Shown here: piece by piece, positions 8,543-17,665 of the stretch
How positions within the stretch are numbered: the stretch's first letter is position 1
Layout of the letters: the number at the start of each line of letters is the position of its first letter
Assembly (NCBI RefSeq): GCF_000022265.1
Contig: NC_011979.1
Coordinates: 1,440,001 to 1,472,000 of the forward strand
DNA from: Geotalea daltonii FRC-32
Lineage (GTDB): Bacteria > Desulfobacterota > Desulfuromonadia > Geobacterales > Geobacteraceae
Length of the DNA stretch: 32,000 nucleotides
Direction of reading: 5' to 3'
Position numbers and translations under genes: made by a program
Notes under the pieces: generated by a model
Told to the model about the DNA's origin: nothing
Database searches by the model: none
The model's input: only the letters and a program-made list of their open reading frames with translations

Positions 8543-11500
8543 ATGCGAAGCTTTGGTACCAATATCGACAATGGGGTTGCCATGAAAAGTCATGATCTGG
8601 ATCCGTCGGGGCTGGTTCCTGCAGAACGGGATGCCTGTGCCATAATCGGCTATATCAACAAAGGCGCACAGCCAACCCACGGCAACCTGCAGCGCACCAT
8701 CGGTGCACTGGTCAAGATGGGGCACCGGGCAGGAGAAATCGACGGCGAGGGAGACGGCTGCGGCGTCCTCACCGATATTCCCCGGATATTATGGCAGGAG
8801 ATCCTGTCGGAGAACGGCCTTGATCCGGCACTGGCGGAATCGCCGGCCTTTGCCGTAGGTCATCTGTTGATTCCTAAAGATGAACTGCAGATCGACCCGG
8901 CTCTCAGTGAAAAAGTGGTCCGGCGTATGGAGGATGCCGGTCTCAAGGTTCTCGTGGAGCGTCCCGGCGTGGTGCGGAGCATGGTGCTTTCAACCAGTGC
9001 CCGGCTGGGGGAACCCTTCTTCTGGCAGATTGCACTTCTTTGCCGGGAAACGGCCAAGGTGCCTGAGATCCTTTTCAATCTCCAGGTGGCCTTGGAAGAG
9101 GAATTTCCCGTACATGTCGCCTCTCTTTCCACCCATGTTGCCGCATACAAGGTGCACGGGGCACCGGAACTGCTGCCCCGCTATTATCCGGAACTCAAAC
9201 GGCGCGATTTCCTTTCCAGCATCACCATCGGCCACAGCCGCTATTCCACCAATACACTTCCTACAGTGCTCCGTGCCCAGCCCTTTTCCCTGCTCGGTCA
9301 CAACGGCGAAATCAACACCATCGCCCGCCTCCGGGAAGAAGCGCGAATGCTGGGCATCGTCCTGCCTGCCGGCGGCAGCGATTCCCAAGACCTCAACCGT
9401 ACCCTGGAGGGGCTGATGTTCCGCTTTGGACTGTCCCTCTTCGAGGCCATGGAAATGGTCTTTCCCCCCATTTTCAGCGAAATGGAGAGGATGCCAGCCG
9501 AGCTTTCATCCATGTATTCCTGGTTCCGGCGATTCCTCACTGCCTCCGCCCAAGGCCCCGCAGCAATCATTGCCCGGCACGGCAGCCAGTGTGTTTTCAG
9601 TGTCGATGCCATGGGGCTGCGTCCGCTCTGGTTCGGCGAAACGGAGAAGGAGCTTTTTATTTCCTCGGAGCTGGGAGTGGTGCCCCACGAGGAGATCATG
9701 TCCGACCCTAAACCCCTGGCTCCGGGGGAAAAGGTTGGCCTTGAGGTGATGCCCGGCAAGGGTGTGCGGGTGCTCTTCCATCCCGAACTGCGGCGGCACA
9801 TCCATGAGCGATTCCGCAAAAGGACCAATCTTTCTGCCCACAGCAGGTCATGTGTCAGGGGTGGTGCCCTGCCGGAACCTAGTGGTGCCGGGGATAAGAG
9901 GTGGAGCCGAAACCCGAGGCTGGTGCTGGAAAACCTCATGTCGGCGCTGGCCTGGAAAAGCAGCGATGTGCAGAATTTGCGGGAGATGGCACGGTCAGGC
10001 AACGATCCCATTGCTTCCCTCGGCTATGATGGGCCCCTGGCGGCCCTCTCCCTGTCACGGCAGAACCTGTCCGACTATTTCAAGGAACAGGTGGCGGTTG
10101 TTACCAACCCGGCCATCGACCGGGAGCGGGAGTCCGAGCATTTTTCCATTCGCGTTTACCTGGGGGCAAGACCACGTTTCAAGGGACCGGCGCAGCAGGG
10201 AATAGAGCTTACCGTTCCCCTTCTCACCGGGGGAAGGCGTAGCGGGGTGGCGGCATCGGACGCTGCTGTCGCACGGCACTTCGGCACCTGCACATTGGAA
10301 TCTCTACTGGGGGTGTTCGGGGGGCGGGGAAACCGCCTGCTCTCCTGCGTCATGCAGCAGAACGAGTCGATCCAGCAGGCCCTGAACCGGTTGAAAAGCG
10401 AGGCCATAGCTGCTGCCGGCAACGGCACCCGCCTGTTGGTGCTGGATGACAGTGCCGCCTTCGGCCCCGGCAGGAGTTTTCTCGATCCATATCTTGTGGT
10501 GGCCGTGCTGCACAAGGCGCTCAAGGAGGAAACGGCCGCAGGGGGCGAATCCCTGCGCCGCGGCGTGTCGCTGGTGGTCCGGTCCGGTGCCCTGCGTAAC
10601 CTCCACGACTTGATTTTCGCCCTCGGCATGGGGGCCGACGCCCTTTGCCCGTACCTGCTCTGGGAACAGGCCGATGCCGAGGAGCTGGGGCTTAAGAACC
10701 TTCTTTCGGTCCTGGGCAAGGGGCTGGAGAAGGTCATCTCCACCATGGGAACCCACGAAATAGGCGGCTACGGCAAATATTTTGCCTCGATCGGCCTCTG
10801 CCATCACCTGGCCGAGATTTTCGAGACTCCCAACTTTTGCGGCTCAGGCCATGGGGGCCTGACGCTTGTGCGACTAGAGGAGGAAAACCGCAGCCGGACA
10901 GCTGTAGCGCGAAGCCGGGAAAAGCAGCCGGTCCCTGTCCAGTTTCGCCTCTATCCCCGGATCTGGAAGATGGTCGGCGCCGTGGCCAAGATGGATGAGA
11001 CCTATGCCGACCTTTCGCGCCTGATCCGCCAACTGGAGGGGGAAAATCCCCTGGCCATCCGCCATCTCATCGACTTCCGCTTTCAGGAAGAGCTGAGCGT
11101 CGACCCCGACGAAGTTGATACCACCGTCGGCTGCCACGACTTGCCGATCCTCTTTTCCGCCATGAGCTTCGGTTCCCAGGGGGAGACCCCATTTCGCATC
11201 TATGCCGAAGCGGCACGCCGCCTCAACATCGTCTGCATGAACGGTGAGGGGGGCGAAATCGCAGACATGCTGGGGCGCTACCGGGAAAACCGCGGCCAGC
11301 AGATCGCCTCCGGACGGTTTGGCGTCAATATGGATTTTCTCAATTCCGCCGATTTTCTGGAGATCAAGGTGGGGCAGGGGGCCAAGCCGGGCGAGGGGGG
11401 GCACCTGCCGGGATTCAAGGTGACGGCAAAGATCGCCGCCGCGCGCAATGCCACACCTGGGGTGAGCCTCATCTCCCCCTCCAACAACCACGATATATAT

Positions 11501-13111
11501 TCCATCGAGGATCTGGCCCAGATCGTCGAGGAACTGCGGACTGCCAACCCGCGGGCTCGCATCTCCGTCAAGGTGCCGGCGGTGGCCGGTATTGCCACCA
11601 TCGCCCTCGGCATCGCCAAAGCCGGTGCCGACATCATCACCATCAGCGGTTATGACGGCGGTACCGGCGCTGCCCGCCGCCATGCCATCAAGTTCGTCGG
11701 CTTGCCGGCAGATATCGGCGTCAGCGAGGCACACAGGGCACTGGTGGAAGCAGGCATGCGGCACAAGGTGGAGATCTGGGCCGACGGCGGAGCACGCACC
11801 GGCCGGGATGTGTTGAAACTGATGCTGCTGGGGGCCAACCGGGTCGGCTTCGGCACCATGGCTATGGTCATCATCGGCTGTACCACTTGCCGTGGCTGCC
11901 ATCTTGGCACCTGTCATGTTGGCATCGCCTCCCAGATCGAGACCACGGCAGAGGCCGAGGCCAAAGGGCTGAAACGTTTCGTCCCACGGGTGCTGGAAAA
12001 CGGGGTCATCTACGAGACCACCTTTTTCCGCGGCATGGCCAGGGAGATCCGCATCCTTACCGCAAAACTGGGCGCCAGGAAGACCCAGGACCTGGTGGGG
12101 CGGGCAGACCTGCTTTTCCAGGAGCGGGGGCTGGAAAACCTGGATCTGTCCGATCTGCTGACCCCGGCAAAGCTTCCTGCCGCGACGGAGGTGGAGGACA
12201 ATGTACGCATCATCCGCAAGCCCCTCAACTACCTGACCTCCCTTATCTCCAATCTGGTCCATAATGCCTTCCTCAGCGGTGAGACCCGGGTCCGGTACGA
12301 CGACACCGATGCTTCCAGCTCTGATCGGGCCATCGGCACCCATCTGGCCGGAGCCATGGTCCGCGATATTCAACAGAGTCGGCTGTCCGGCCAGGAGCAG
12401 GCGCTGCTCCATTTCCAGCGCGACTCCATTCCCGGCAATGGTCTGGGTGCTTTCAACATTCCCCGCCTCACCATGCGCGTGGAAGGGGGAGCACAGGATG
12501 GGGTCGGCAAGTCGGCCCGTGGCGGAAAGATCGTCATCCTCAAGGGGGAAAACCGCAATGGGGTCCGAGTCGGCGGCTCAGTGGGTAAGGGGTTGGCCTA
12601 TGGAGCCCAAGGGGGCACTTTCATCATTCAGGGCGATGCCGACAGCCGGGCCTGTATCCGCCTCTCTGGCGCCGATGTGGTCCTTGGCGGAAGGATCCGC
12701 ACGCCACTGGATGATGCAGCCGGCAATTCCGCCGGCAGGGCCAATCTGAAGGGCTTTGCTTTCGAGTACATGACTGCCGGCAGGGTTGTCGTCCTGGGCG
12801 ATCCGGGTCCCTGGATCTGCTCCGGCATGACCGGCGGCATCGTTTACTGCCATCTCGATCCGGAAACGGGCATGACCAGGGATGCCCTTCGCCGCCGTAT
12901 TGCCGCCGGAGCAGGGGTGGAAATCCGCGACCTGGAAGAGGATGACATTGCCAATGTGGAGGAACTGCTGCTCCAGTACCATCGGGAACTGATCCGCTCC
13001 CAGCAGGAAGTGGAGGCGGACTGGGTGGAGGGTGTCGTTGCTTCCTGCCGCAGCCGCTTCGTCAAAATCATTCCGGAGAAGGTTACCGTTACGCCGCGCA
13101 GCACTGAGTAA
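8543..13111 (+). CDS. gltB: Glutamate synthase large subunit (GltB-type: Ntn amidotransferase, central, FMN/3Fe-4S and GXGXG domains)
   Basis: ERDACAIIGY supplies the catalytic Cys1 after N-terminal processing. The FMN domain reads GEGGE...KVGQGAKPGEGGHLPG. The 3Fe-4S pattern is CTTCRGCHLGTC (C-x5-C-x4-C). C-terminal GXGXG repeats are present (GGAQDGVGKSARGG..., GDADSRACIRLSGADVVLGG). ATG 8582 (MKSHD) is an alternative start. Confidence 0.9.
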   Translation: MRSFGTNIDNGVAMKSHDLDPSGLVPAERDACAIIGYINKGAQPTHGNLQRTIGALVKMGHRAGEIDGEGDGCGVLTDIPRILWQEILSENGLDPALAESPAFAVGHLLIPKDELQIDPALSEKVVRRMEDAGLKVLVERPGVVRSMVLSTSARLGEPFFWQIALLCRETAKVPEILFNLQVALEEEFPVHVASLSTHVAAYKVHGAPELLPRYYPELKRRDFLSSITIGHSRYSTNTLPTVLRAQPFSLLGHNGEINTIARLREEARMLGIVLPAGGSDSQDLNRTLEGLMFRFGLSLFEAMEMVFPPIFSEMERMPAELSSMYSWFRRFLTASAQGPAAIIARHGSQCVFSVDAMGLRPLWFGETEKELFISSELGVVPHEEIMSDPKPLAPGEKVGLEVMPGKGVRVLFHPELRRHIHERFRKRTNLSAHSRSCVRGGALPEPSGAGDKRWSRNPRLVLENLMSALAWKSSDVQNLREMARSGNDPIASLGYDGPLAALSLSRQNLSDYFKEQVAVVTNPAIDRERESEHFSIRVYLGARPRFKGPAQQGIELTVPLLTGGRRSGVAASDAAVARHFGTCTLESLLGVFGGRGNRLLSCVMQQNESIQQALNRLKSEAIAAAGNGTRLLVLDDSAAFGPGRSFLDPYLVVAVLHKALKEETAAGGESLRRGVSLVVRSGALRNLHDLIFALGMGADALCPYLLWEQADAEELGLKNLLSVLGKGLEKVISTMGTHEIGGYGKYFASIGLCHHLAEIFETPNFCGSGHGGLTLVRLEEENRSRTAVARSREKQPVPVQFRLYPRIWKMVGAVAKMDETYADLSRLIRQLEGENPLAIRHLIDFRFQEELSVDPDEVDTTVGCHDLPILFSAMSFGSQGETPFRIYAEAARRLNIVCMNGEGGEIADMLGRYRENRGQQIASGRFGVNMDFLNSADFLEIKVGQGAKPGEGGHLPGFKVTAKIAAARNATPGVSLISPSNNHDIYSIEDLAQIVEELRTANPRARISVKVPAVAGIATIALGIAKAGADIITISGYDGGTGAARRHAIKFVGLPADIGVSEAHRALVEAGMRHKVEIWADGGARTGRDVLKLMLLGANRVGFGTMAMVIIGCTTCRGCHLGTCHVGIASQIETTAEAEAKGLKRFVPRVLENGVIYETTFFRGMAREIRILTAKLGARKTQDLVGRADLLFQERGLENLDLSDLLTPAKLPAATEVEDNVRIIRKPLNYLTSLISNLVHNAFLSGETRVRYDDTDASSSDRAIGTHLAGAMVRDIQQSRLSGQEQALLHFQRDSIPGNGLGAFNIPRLTMRVEGGAQDGVGKSARGGKIVILKGENRNGVRVGGSVGKGLAYGAQGGTFIIQGDADSRACIRLSGADVVLGGRIRTPLDDAAGNSAGRANLKGFAFEYMTAGRVVVLGDPGPWICSGMTGGIVYCHLDPETGMTRDALRRRIAAGAGVEIRDLEEDDIANVEELLLQYHRELIRSQQEVEADWVEGVVASCRSRFVKIIPEKVTVTPRSTE

Positions 13112-13142
13112 TGCTTTTTGTTGCCGGATAGCATGGCACCAA

Positions 13143-13190
13143 CCCCGCCTGTCCTCTTTAGGCCCTGTGGGTCCCCTTACCTAAGGGGAG
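13143..13190 (+). repeat. Intergenic REP-like repeat, copy 1 (inverted partner at 22353-22401)
   Basis: CCCCGCCTGTCCTCTTTAGGCCCTGTGGGTCCCCTTA-CC-TAAGGGGA. The 32-nt core CCTGTCCTCTTTAGGCCCTGTGGGTCCCCTTA is identical to the reverse complement of 22365-22396. An internal hairpin is formed by TCCCCTTA/TAAGGGGA. Confidence 0.85.
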
Positions 13191-13240
13191 GGACGCGCAG
13201 ATGTGACTATGGTGGAACTACCACCGGCACTTCCCTAACA

Positions 13241-13273
13241 CGTCCCCCCTCTTAAACATATAAGAGGGGGACG
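13241..13273. repeat. Strong G/C hairpin just upstream of the lipoate ligase gene
   Basis: CGTC-CCCCCTCTTA / AACATA loop / TAAGAGGGGG-ACG. Ten perfect bp plus three more across a 1-nt bulge. No T-run follows. Confidence 0.7.
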
Positions 13274-13286
13274 GGGGAGTTATGAA

Positions 13287-14144
13287 TTGATTGATCTTAT
13301 GCTAAAGGGAGGAACCCACCCGGTAATGACTATCGTTGGAGAATCCTGGCGCTTTATTGACACTGGCCCATTGGACGGCCCGGCCAACATGGCCGTTGAC
13401 GAGGCGCTGCTGGAGCATTTCCACCCGGAGACCTCGCAACCGGTGCTGCGCCTCTACGGCTGGCATCCGCCGGCTTTTTCCCTGGGCCGCTATCAGCAGG
13501 CTGCAGAGGTGCTCGATCTTGAGCTCTGTGCCGAGCGGGGGGTACCGGTGGTGCGTCGCATCACCGGCGGGGGCCTCATTTACCATGCCGAGGAGCTCAC
13601 CTACAGCATCGTCTGCGCACCGAAACATATTGCCGAAGCCGGCACCGTCAAGGAATCCTTTGCCCGGCTCTGCGGCTTCCTCATTCGCACCTATGGGAGG
13701 CTTGGGCTTAAGGCCGGATTTGCCGTGGATAACACCCCGGCCGGTACCAGGCTCGGCGGAAGGACCGCTTTCTGCTTTGCCGGCAAAGAGGAATACGATG
13801 TCGTAGTTGCCGGTCGCAAGTTGGGAGGCAACGCCCAGCGACGGACCAAAAGGCTGATCTTCCAGCACGGTTCCATGCCACTGCGACCGGCCCTATCGTC
13901 GGCGATCCCATTCCTGCGGGAGAAGATGTCCGCCCTGGACAAAAGCACCGCCAGTCTGGCCGAACTTGGCGTGGCAGTGGACGAGGAGGCTCTGAAGCAG
14001 ACGGTGGCAGAGTGTTTTGCCGAAACCATGGGCGTCATCCTGCAAACGGACGCCTTGACGGCCGGGGAACTGGAGACTGGGCGCCAGCTGGAAGAGAAGA
14101 AATATGGCAGTTTCTCCTGGAATGCCCACGGAATCACTGGGTGA
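13287..14144 (+). CDS. Lipoate-protein ligase family protein (LplA/LipM-type catalytic domain only; probable octanoyl/lipoyl transferase)
   Basis: VVRRITGGGLIYHAEELTYS and GRKLGGNAQRR (conserved Lys) match the BPL_LplA_LipB fold. There is no LplA C-terminal accessory domain. The track start is TTG 13287, with GGGGGAG 7 nt upstream. ATG 13299 and 13326 are alternatives. Confidence 0.8.
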   Translation: MIDLMLKGGTHPVMTIVGESWRFIDTGPLDGPANMAVDEALLEHFHPETSQPVLRLYGWHPPAFSLGRYQQAAEVLDLELCAERGVPVVRRITGGGLIYHAEELTYSIVCAPKHIAEAGTVKESFARLCGFLIRTYGRLGLKAGFAVDNTPAGTRLGGRTAFCFAGKEEYDVVVAGRKLGGNAQRRTKRLIFQHGSMPLRPALSSAIPFLREKMSALDKSTASLAELGVAVDEEALKQTVAECFAETMGVILQTDALTAGELETGRQLEEKKYGSFSWNAHGITG

Positions 14145-14249
14145 GCGAAATCACCGGAAGTTCCCTCTACCCTTGATTTATCGTTCCTGGCCCATTAAAG
14201 TGTCAGTGTGTTGTCGCCTGTTTTTCTACGGAAAGAAACCGGAATAATT

Positions 14250-15134
14250 ATGAAAATCACCCGTCGCCCCGAATGGCTGCAGAAAAAGGTCTCCCCCGCT
14301 GCCCATGCCGACATGGAACGTCTGCTGGGGGGGCTGCAACTGCATACCGTCTGCCAGGAGGCCCACTGCCCCAATATTTCGGAATGCTTCCGCCAGCGCC
14401 AGGCGACCTTTCTTATCCTGGGCAAGCTCTGTACTCGTCTCTGTTCCTTCTGCAATGTGACAAAGCAGACACCTCTGGCAGTGGACCAGGCCGAGCCGGA
14501 GCGGGTCGCTGCGGCGGTGGAGCTGTTGAAGCTGACCCACGTGGTTGTCACCAGTCCCACCAGGGATGACCTTGCCGACGGTGGGGCCGCTCTCTATGCC
14601 GCAACGGTGGCGGCAATCCGTAATGCTTCGCCCCAGACGAAGATCGAGCTCCTTGTTCCGGATTTTGCCGGCAATCAGGAAAGCATAGCCGCAGTCGTCT
14701 CGGCCTGTCCCCATATTCTCGGGCACAACCTGGAGACGGTGCCGCGACTTTATTCAATCCGCTCCGGTGCCGATTATCGGCGTTCGCTGCTGATGCTGGA
14801 AATGATTCGTCGGCTTAACCCGGCAATGAAGACCAAGACCGGCCTCATGCTCGGCCTGGGGGAGACGGAGGAGGAGCTTTTCCAGGCTCTCCGGGACCTG
14901 CGCCGGGTGGACTGTTCATACTTGAGTCTTGGCCAGTACCTGGCGCCGAGCCGCAGCCACTATCCGGTACAGGATTACCCGTCGCCGGAAACCTTCGACC
15001 GCTATCGGGAGCAGGCCCTGTCCATGGGGTTCGAACACGTGGAGAGCGGGCCTTACGTGCGCAGTTCCTACCATGCCGAGCATTACGGGACTGGCACGGG
15101 GCATGCAAAACTTTCCCCTGCCCCTGCCGATTGA
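14250..15134 (+). CDS. lipA: Lipoyl synthase (radical SAM)
   Basis: CQEAHCPNISEC is the auxiliary 4Fe-4S cluster motif and CTRLCSFCNV is the radical-SAM CxxxCxxC. A C-terminal RSSY motif is present (VRSSYHA). I prefer ATG 14250 (MKITRRPEWL) to the longer ORF start at 14208. Confidence 0.92.
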   Translation: MKITRRPEWLQKKVSPAAHADMERLLGGLQLHTVCQEAHCPNISECFRQRQATFLILGKLCTRLCSFCNVTKQTPLAVDQAEPERVAAAVELLKLTHVVVTSPTRDDLADGGAALYAATVAAIRNASPQTKIELLVPDFAGNQESIAAVVSACPHILGHNLETVPRLYSIRSGADYRRSLLMLEMIRRLNPAMKTKTGLMLGLGETEEELFQALRDLRRVDCSYLSLGQYLAPSRSHYPVQDYPSPETFDRYREQALSMGFEHVESGPYVRSSYHAEHYGTGTGHAKLSPAPAD

Positions 15135-15172
15135 TTTGGGGAAATCAGCTGAATAAGGGTTTTAGGACAAAG

Positions 15173-15775
15173 ATGGACAGAACAGGTATGAAAAAAATTC
15201 CTATTTCAGTGAAAATTTTGCTCTTTTTGGCCGTGGTCATCCTTGGCCAAGCGCCGGCATCATCCTTTGCCGCAGCAAGAAAGTCGCCGGTCGACGGCGG
15301 GTTCATCACTTCCGGCGTCGGTTACCGCCCGGACCCGTTCGGCAGCGGCCGCATGGTCTATCACAACGGCTATGACATCGCCGTGCCCCTCGGTACCCCG
15401 GTCTATCCCACCCAGGCGGGCACCGTCTATTTTGCCGGCTCATACAAGGGCTATGGCAACCTGGTGGCGGTGGACCACCAAAACGGCTATGTAACCTTTT
15501 ATGGCCACAATTCAGAGGTAAAGGTAACGGTGGGGCAGAAGGTGGATACGACCACGGTGATTGCCCTGGCCGGGAGCACCGGCAGGTCCACCGGCCCCCA
15601 CGTCCATTATGAGGTGAGGCAGTTGCCGGAATATGGAAAGCAGCGGCGAGAGCAGCTGGAAGCGGGCTTAAAGCAGGTATTGCAAGATAAGATAGATGGT
15701 TGGGTTGAGGACTATGTTGCCGGCAAGGGGGGACCCGAACCGGAGAAGATCATGCCTGAGGATAGCGGGGAGTAA
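15173..15775 (+). CDS. Secreted M23 (LytM-type) peptidoglycan metallopeptidase
   Basis: The signal peptide is MKKIPISVKILLFLAVVILGQAPASSFAA. Motifs YHNGYDIA, GYGNLVAVDH and GSTGRSTGPHVHYEV give the HxxxD ... HxH Zn ligands. ATG 15188 is an alternative start. Confidence 0.85.
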   Translation: MDRTGMKKIPISVKILLFLAVVILGQAPASSFAAARKSPVDGGFITSGVGYRPDPFGSGRMVYHNGYDIAVPLGTPVYPTQAGTVYFAGSYKGYGNLVAVDHQNGYVTFYGHNSEVKVTVGQKVDTTTVIALAGSTGRSTGPHVHYEVRQLPEYGKQRREQLEAGLKQVLQDKIDGWVEDYVAGKGGPEPEKIMPEDSGE

Positions 15776-16166
15776 GTTGAAGCCGGATCAAGGGGATCAG
15801 TGACCGATCCAGCTTACCCATGCGATCAGGGCCGAGCAGTTTCATTTCAGTGCGCAAGCGTTCGCATTTTGCAATCATTTCTGTCACATCTACCCCCCGG
15901 CAGACAGGCTCCACATGCCGCAACAGTTTAACGGCCTGCCCCAGCAGAAATACTGCCCCTGCATAATTTTCTTCCTGCCAGTGGTGCAGCGCCACAGCCA
16001 CCTGTAGAATTCCTTGGTACAGATCACGCGCCGATCCACTTTCCCCTGCCCACAGCTCTTCCAGTGTCTCATGGCAGATAAACCATTCGCCGCGATTGAA
16101 CTGATCGACGGCGAGGATGAATTCCTCCGGAGGCTGTGCCCGGTCATCCTTTCGGAGGCCTATCAT
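15750..16166 (-). CDS. DUF309-domain protein
   Basis: FNRGEWFICHETLEELW ... LYQGILQVAVALHHWQEENYAGA is the DUF309 signature as I recall it. Its 3-prime end overlaps the convergent M23 gene by 26 nt. Confidence 0.7.
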   Translation of the reverse strand: MIGLRKDDRAQPPEEFILAVDQFNRGEWFICHETLEELWAGESGSARDLYQGILQVAVALHHWQEENYAGAVFLLGQAVKLLRHVEPVCRGVDVTEMIAKCERLRTEMKLLGPDRMGKLDRSLIPLIRLQLTPRYPQA

Positions 16167-16543
16167 GACCGCAGCAGCTCCTCTTTCAGCCGCTCATCGA
16201 TCATGCTGTCCTCGATGGCTTCCCGGGCCCAGCTGTCCCGGCTCTGGGCAATAACCCGCGCCGCCCCCTCGCTTACCGCCGGGATCGGGCTCCACAAGGC
16301 ATTGCGGATAATCCTCAGCTCATGATCTTCGGCTTTCCTGCCCTCGGCCATCCCCCGGCAGTTGCCGCAAAGCAGGGCCACAGTCTCCTCTGTCGGCTCC
16401 CGATTATTCCCATTCTCCCATGGCCGCAGGTCTTCCTTTCCTTCGCACCATTCGCAGACGAATTTGGCCCGCTTCGCCAAGGCTTTGCCCATGCCGGCGA
16501 TTATTTCCTGCCGTTCCCTGTTCGACTGATAACCCTTAGCCAT
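16163..16543 (-). CDS. Hypothetical Zn-ribbon protein (CxxC...CxxC), translationally coupled to the DUF309 gene
   Basis: CEWCEG ... CGNCRG. Its stop overlaps the DUF309 start (ATGA at 16163-16166). AAGGAGA lies upstream of ATG 16543. Confidence 0.6.
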   Translation of the reverse strand: MAKGYQSNRERQEIIAGMGKALAKRAKFVCEWCEGKEDLRPWENGNNREPTEETVALLCGNCRGMAEGRKAEDHELRIIRNALWSPIPAVSEGAARVIAQSRDSWAREAIEDSMIDERLKEELLRS

Positions 16544-16556
16544 GATGTCTCCTTTT

Positions 16557-16585
16557 TCTCCCCTCTCCCTCAGGGAGAGGGGAGA
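16557..16585. repeat. Perfect 13-bp-stem G/C palindrome (REP-like)
   Basis: TCTCCCCTCTCCC-TCA-GGGAGAGGGGAGA lies between two minus-strand genes. A related element is at 23087-23123. Confidence 0.85.
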
Positions 16586-16680
16586 TCAGCCTTCCACTTT
16601 CGAATTATTAGCCGCCTGACTCAAGTTTACCATCATGCCACTTAAAGCTATGGTGCTCTGCCCGTGGCTTGTCAGTCAGC

Positions 16681-17601
16681 TCAGGCCTGCTGTCTGTTCA
16701 AAAAAGCAAGGATCAGGCGGTTTACAACATCCGGTTGCTCCTGATGCACGAAATGGCCGGCTGACGGGATAATATGTTTTTCAAAATGCTTGATAAAAGC
16801 GCTTTCCATCCCCGTGGTAGTTTCCTCGCCAATGCAGCCATCATCAGCACCATGCAGGTGCATTGCCGGAACCGGGATGGGATCGCCCAGACGTTTCCGG
16901 ATGTCTGCCAGTTCCGGCCGCTGGAGCGCAGGATTGAACTGGGAACGATAATAGCCCAAGGCAGCCTTCAGCACGGCAGGCTGTCGGAATGCCGCCTTTA
17001 TTTCATCCATGATCGCTTGCGGGCATTGCCAACCCGGAGACCAATCCTGCCATAACTGCTCGATGAACGTGCAATCGTCCTGAGCCACCGCCATTTCAGC
17101 GAACGGTAGCTGGAAAAAATACATGTACCAGGAGCGCCGCTGCTGAACCGGGTTGATCAAGAGCGCCCGACTGAAATTACCTGCTGTGGGAACCGACATG
17201 CTGACGATCCGGGCAACTTTCGCAGGTGCCATGATCGCCGCACCACGCACCACCGAGGTGCCCCAATCATGGCCAATGAGCGTTACCGGCTGATCCGTCA
17301 GCCGGTCTATCAGCGCCAGCAAATCCTGAATGAGAATGGCGACCTCGAAAGGACCGTTGGATTCGGGCTCTGATTCGGAGTAGCCCCGCAGGCAAGGGGC
17401 GACTACCCGGTAACCATTTGCCGCCAGCACCGGGATCTGGTGGCGGAAGGAGATTGGCAGGTCGGGAAAGCCGTGAACGGCTATGACTAACGGCCCATCA
17501 CCAGCTCCGAGGGCGTGGACGTAACGGCCATTTGCCTGTAGGGTGAGCCTGCTGAGGTTAAAGAAATTTTCCAGTTCCCGTTTTGTACCTTCTGTTGTCA
17601 T
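16681..17601 (-). CDS. Alpha/beta-fold hydrolase (epoxide hydrolase / haloalkane dehalogenase-like)
   Basis: VHGFPDL (HGxP oxyanion motif), LIGHDWG (nucleophile elbow with Asp) and a C-terminal GHFVHQEQP (catalytic His). Confidence 0.85.
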   Translation of the reverse strand: MTTEGTKRELENFFNLSRLTLQANGRYVHALGAGDGPLVIAVHGFPDLPISFRHQIPVLAANGYRVVAPCLRGYSESEPESNGPFEVAILIQDLLALIDRLTDQPVTLIGHDWGTSVVRGAAIMAPAKVARIVSMSVPTAGNFSRALLINPVQQRRSWYMYFFQLPFAEMAVAQDDCTFIEQLWQDWSPGWQCPQAIMDEIKAAFRQPAVLKAALGYYRSQFNPALQRPELADIRKRLGDPIPVPAMHLHGADDGCIGEETTTGMESAFIKHFEKHIIPSAGHFVHQEQPDVVNRLILAFLNRQQA

Positions 17602-17665
17602 GTTTGCTGCCTCCTCTGATGGTTTGTCTATTAGACGCTACCGGAAGCAAAAGGTTACAAACAAA

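Noticed and set aside
10874-12412. 512-aa minus-strand ORF, plus many shorter ORFs inside 8543-13111
   Set aside because: They are antisense or out of frame to gltB, whose FMN, Fe-S and GXGXG motifs are clear. None contains a recognisable motif.
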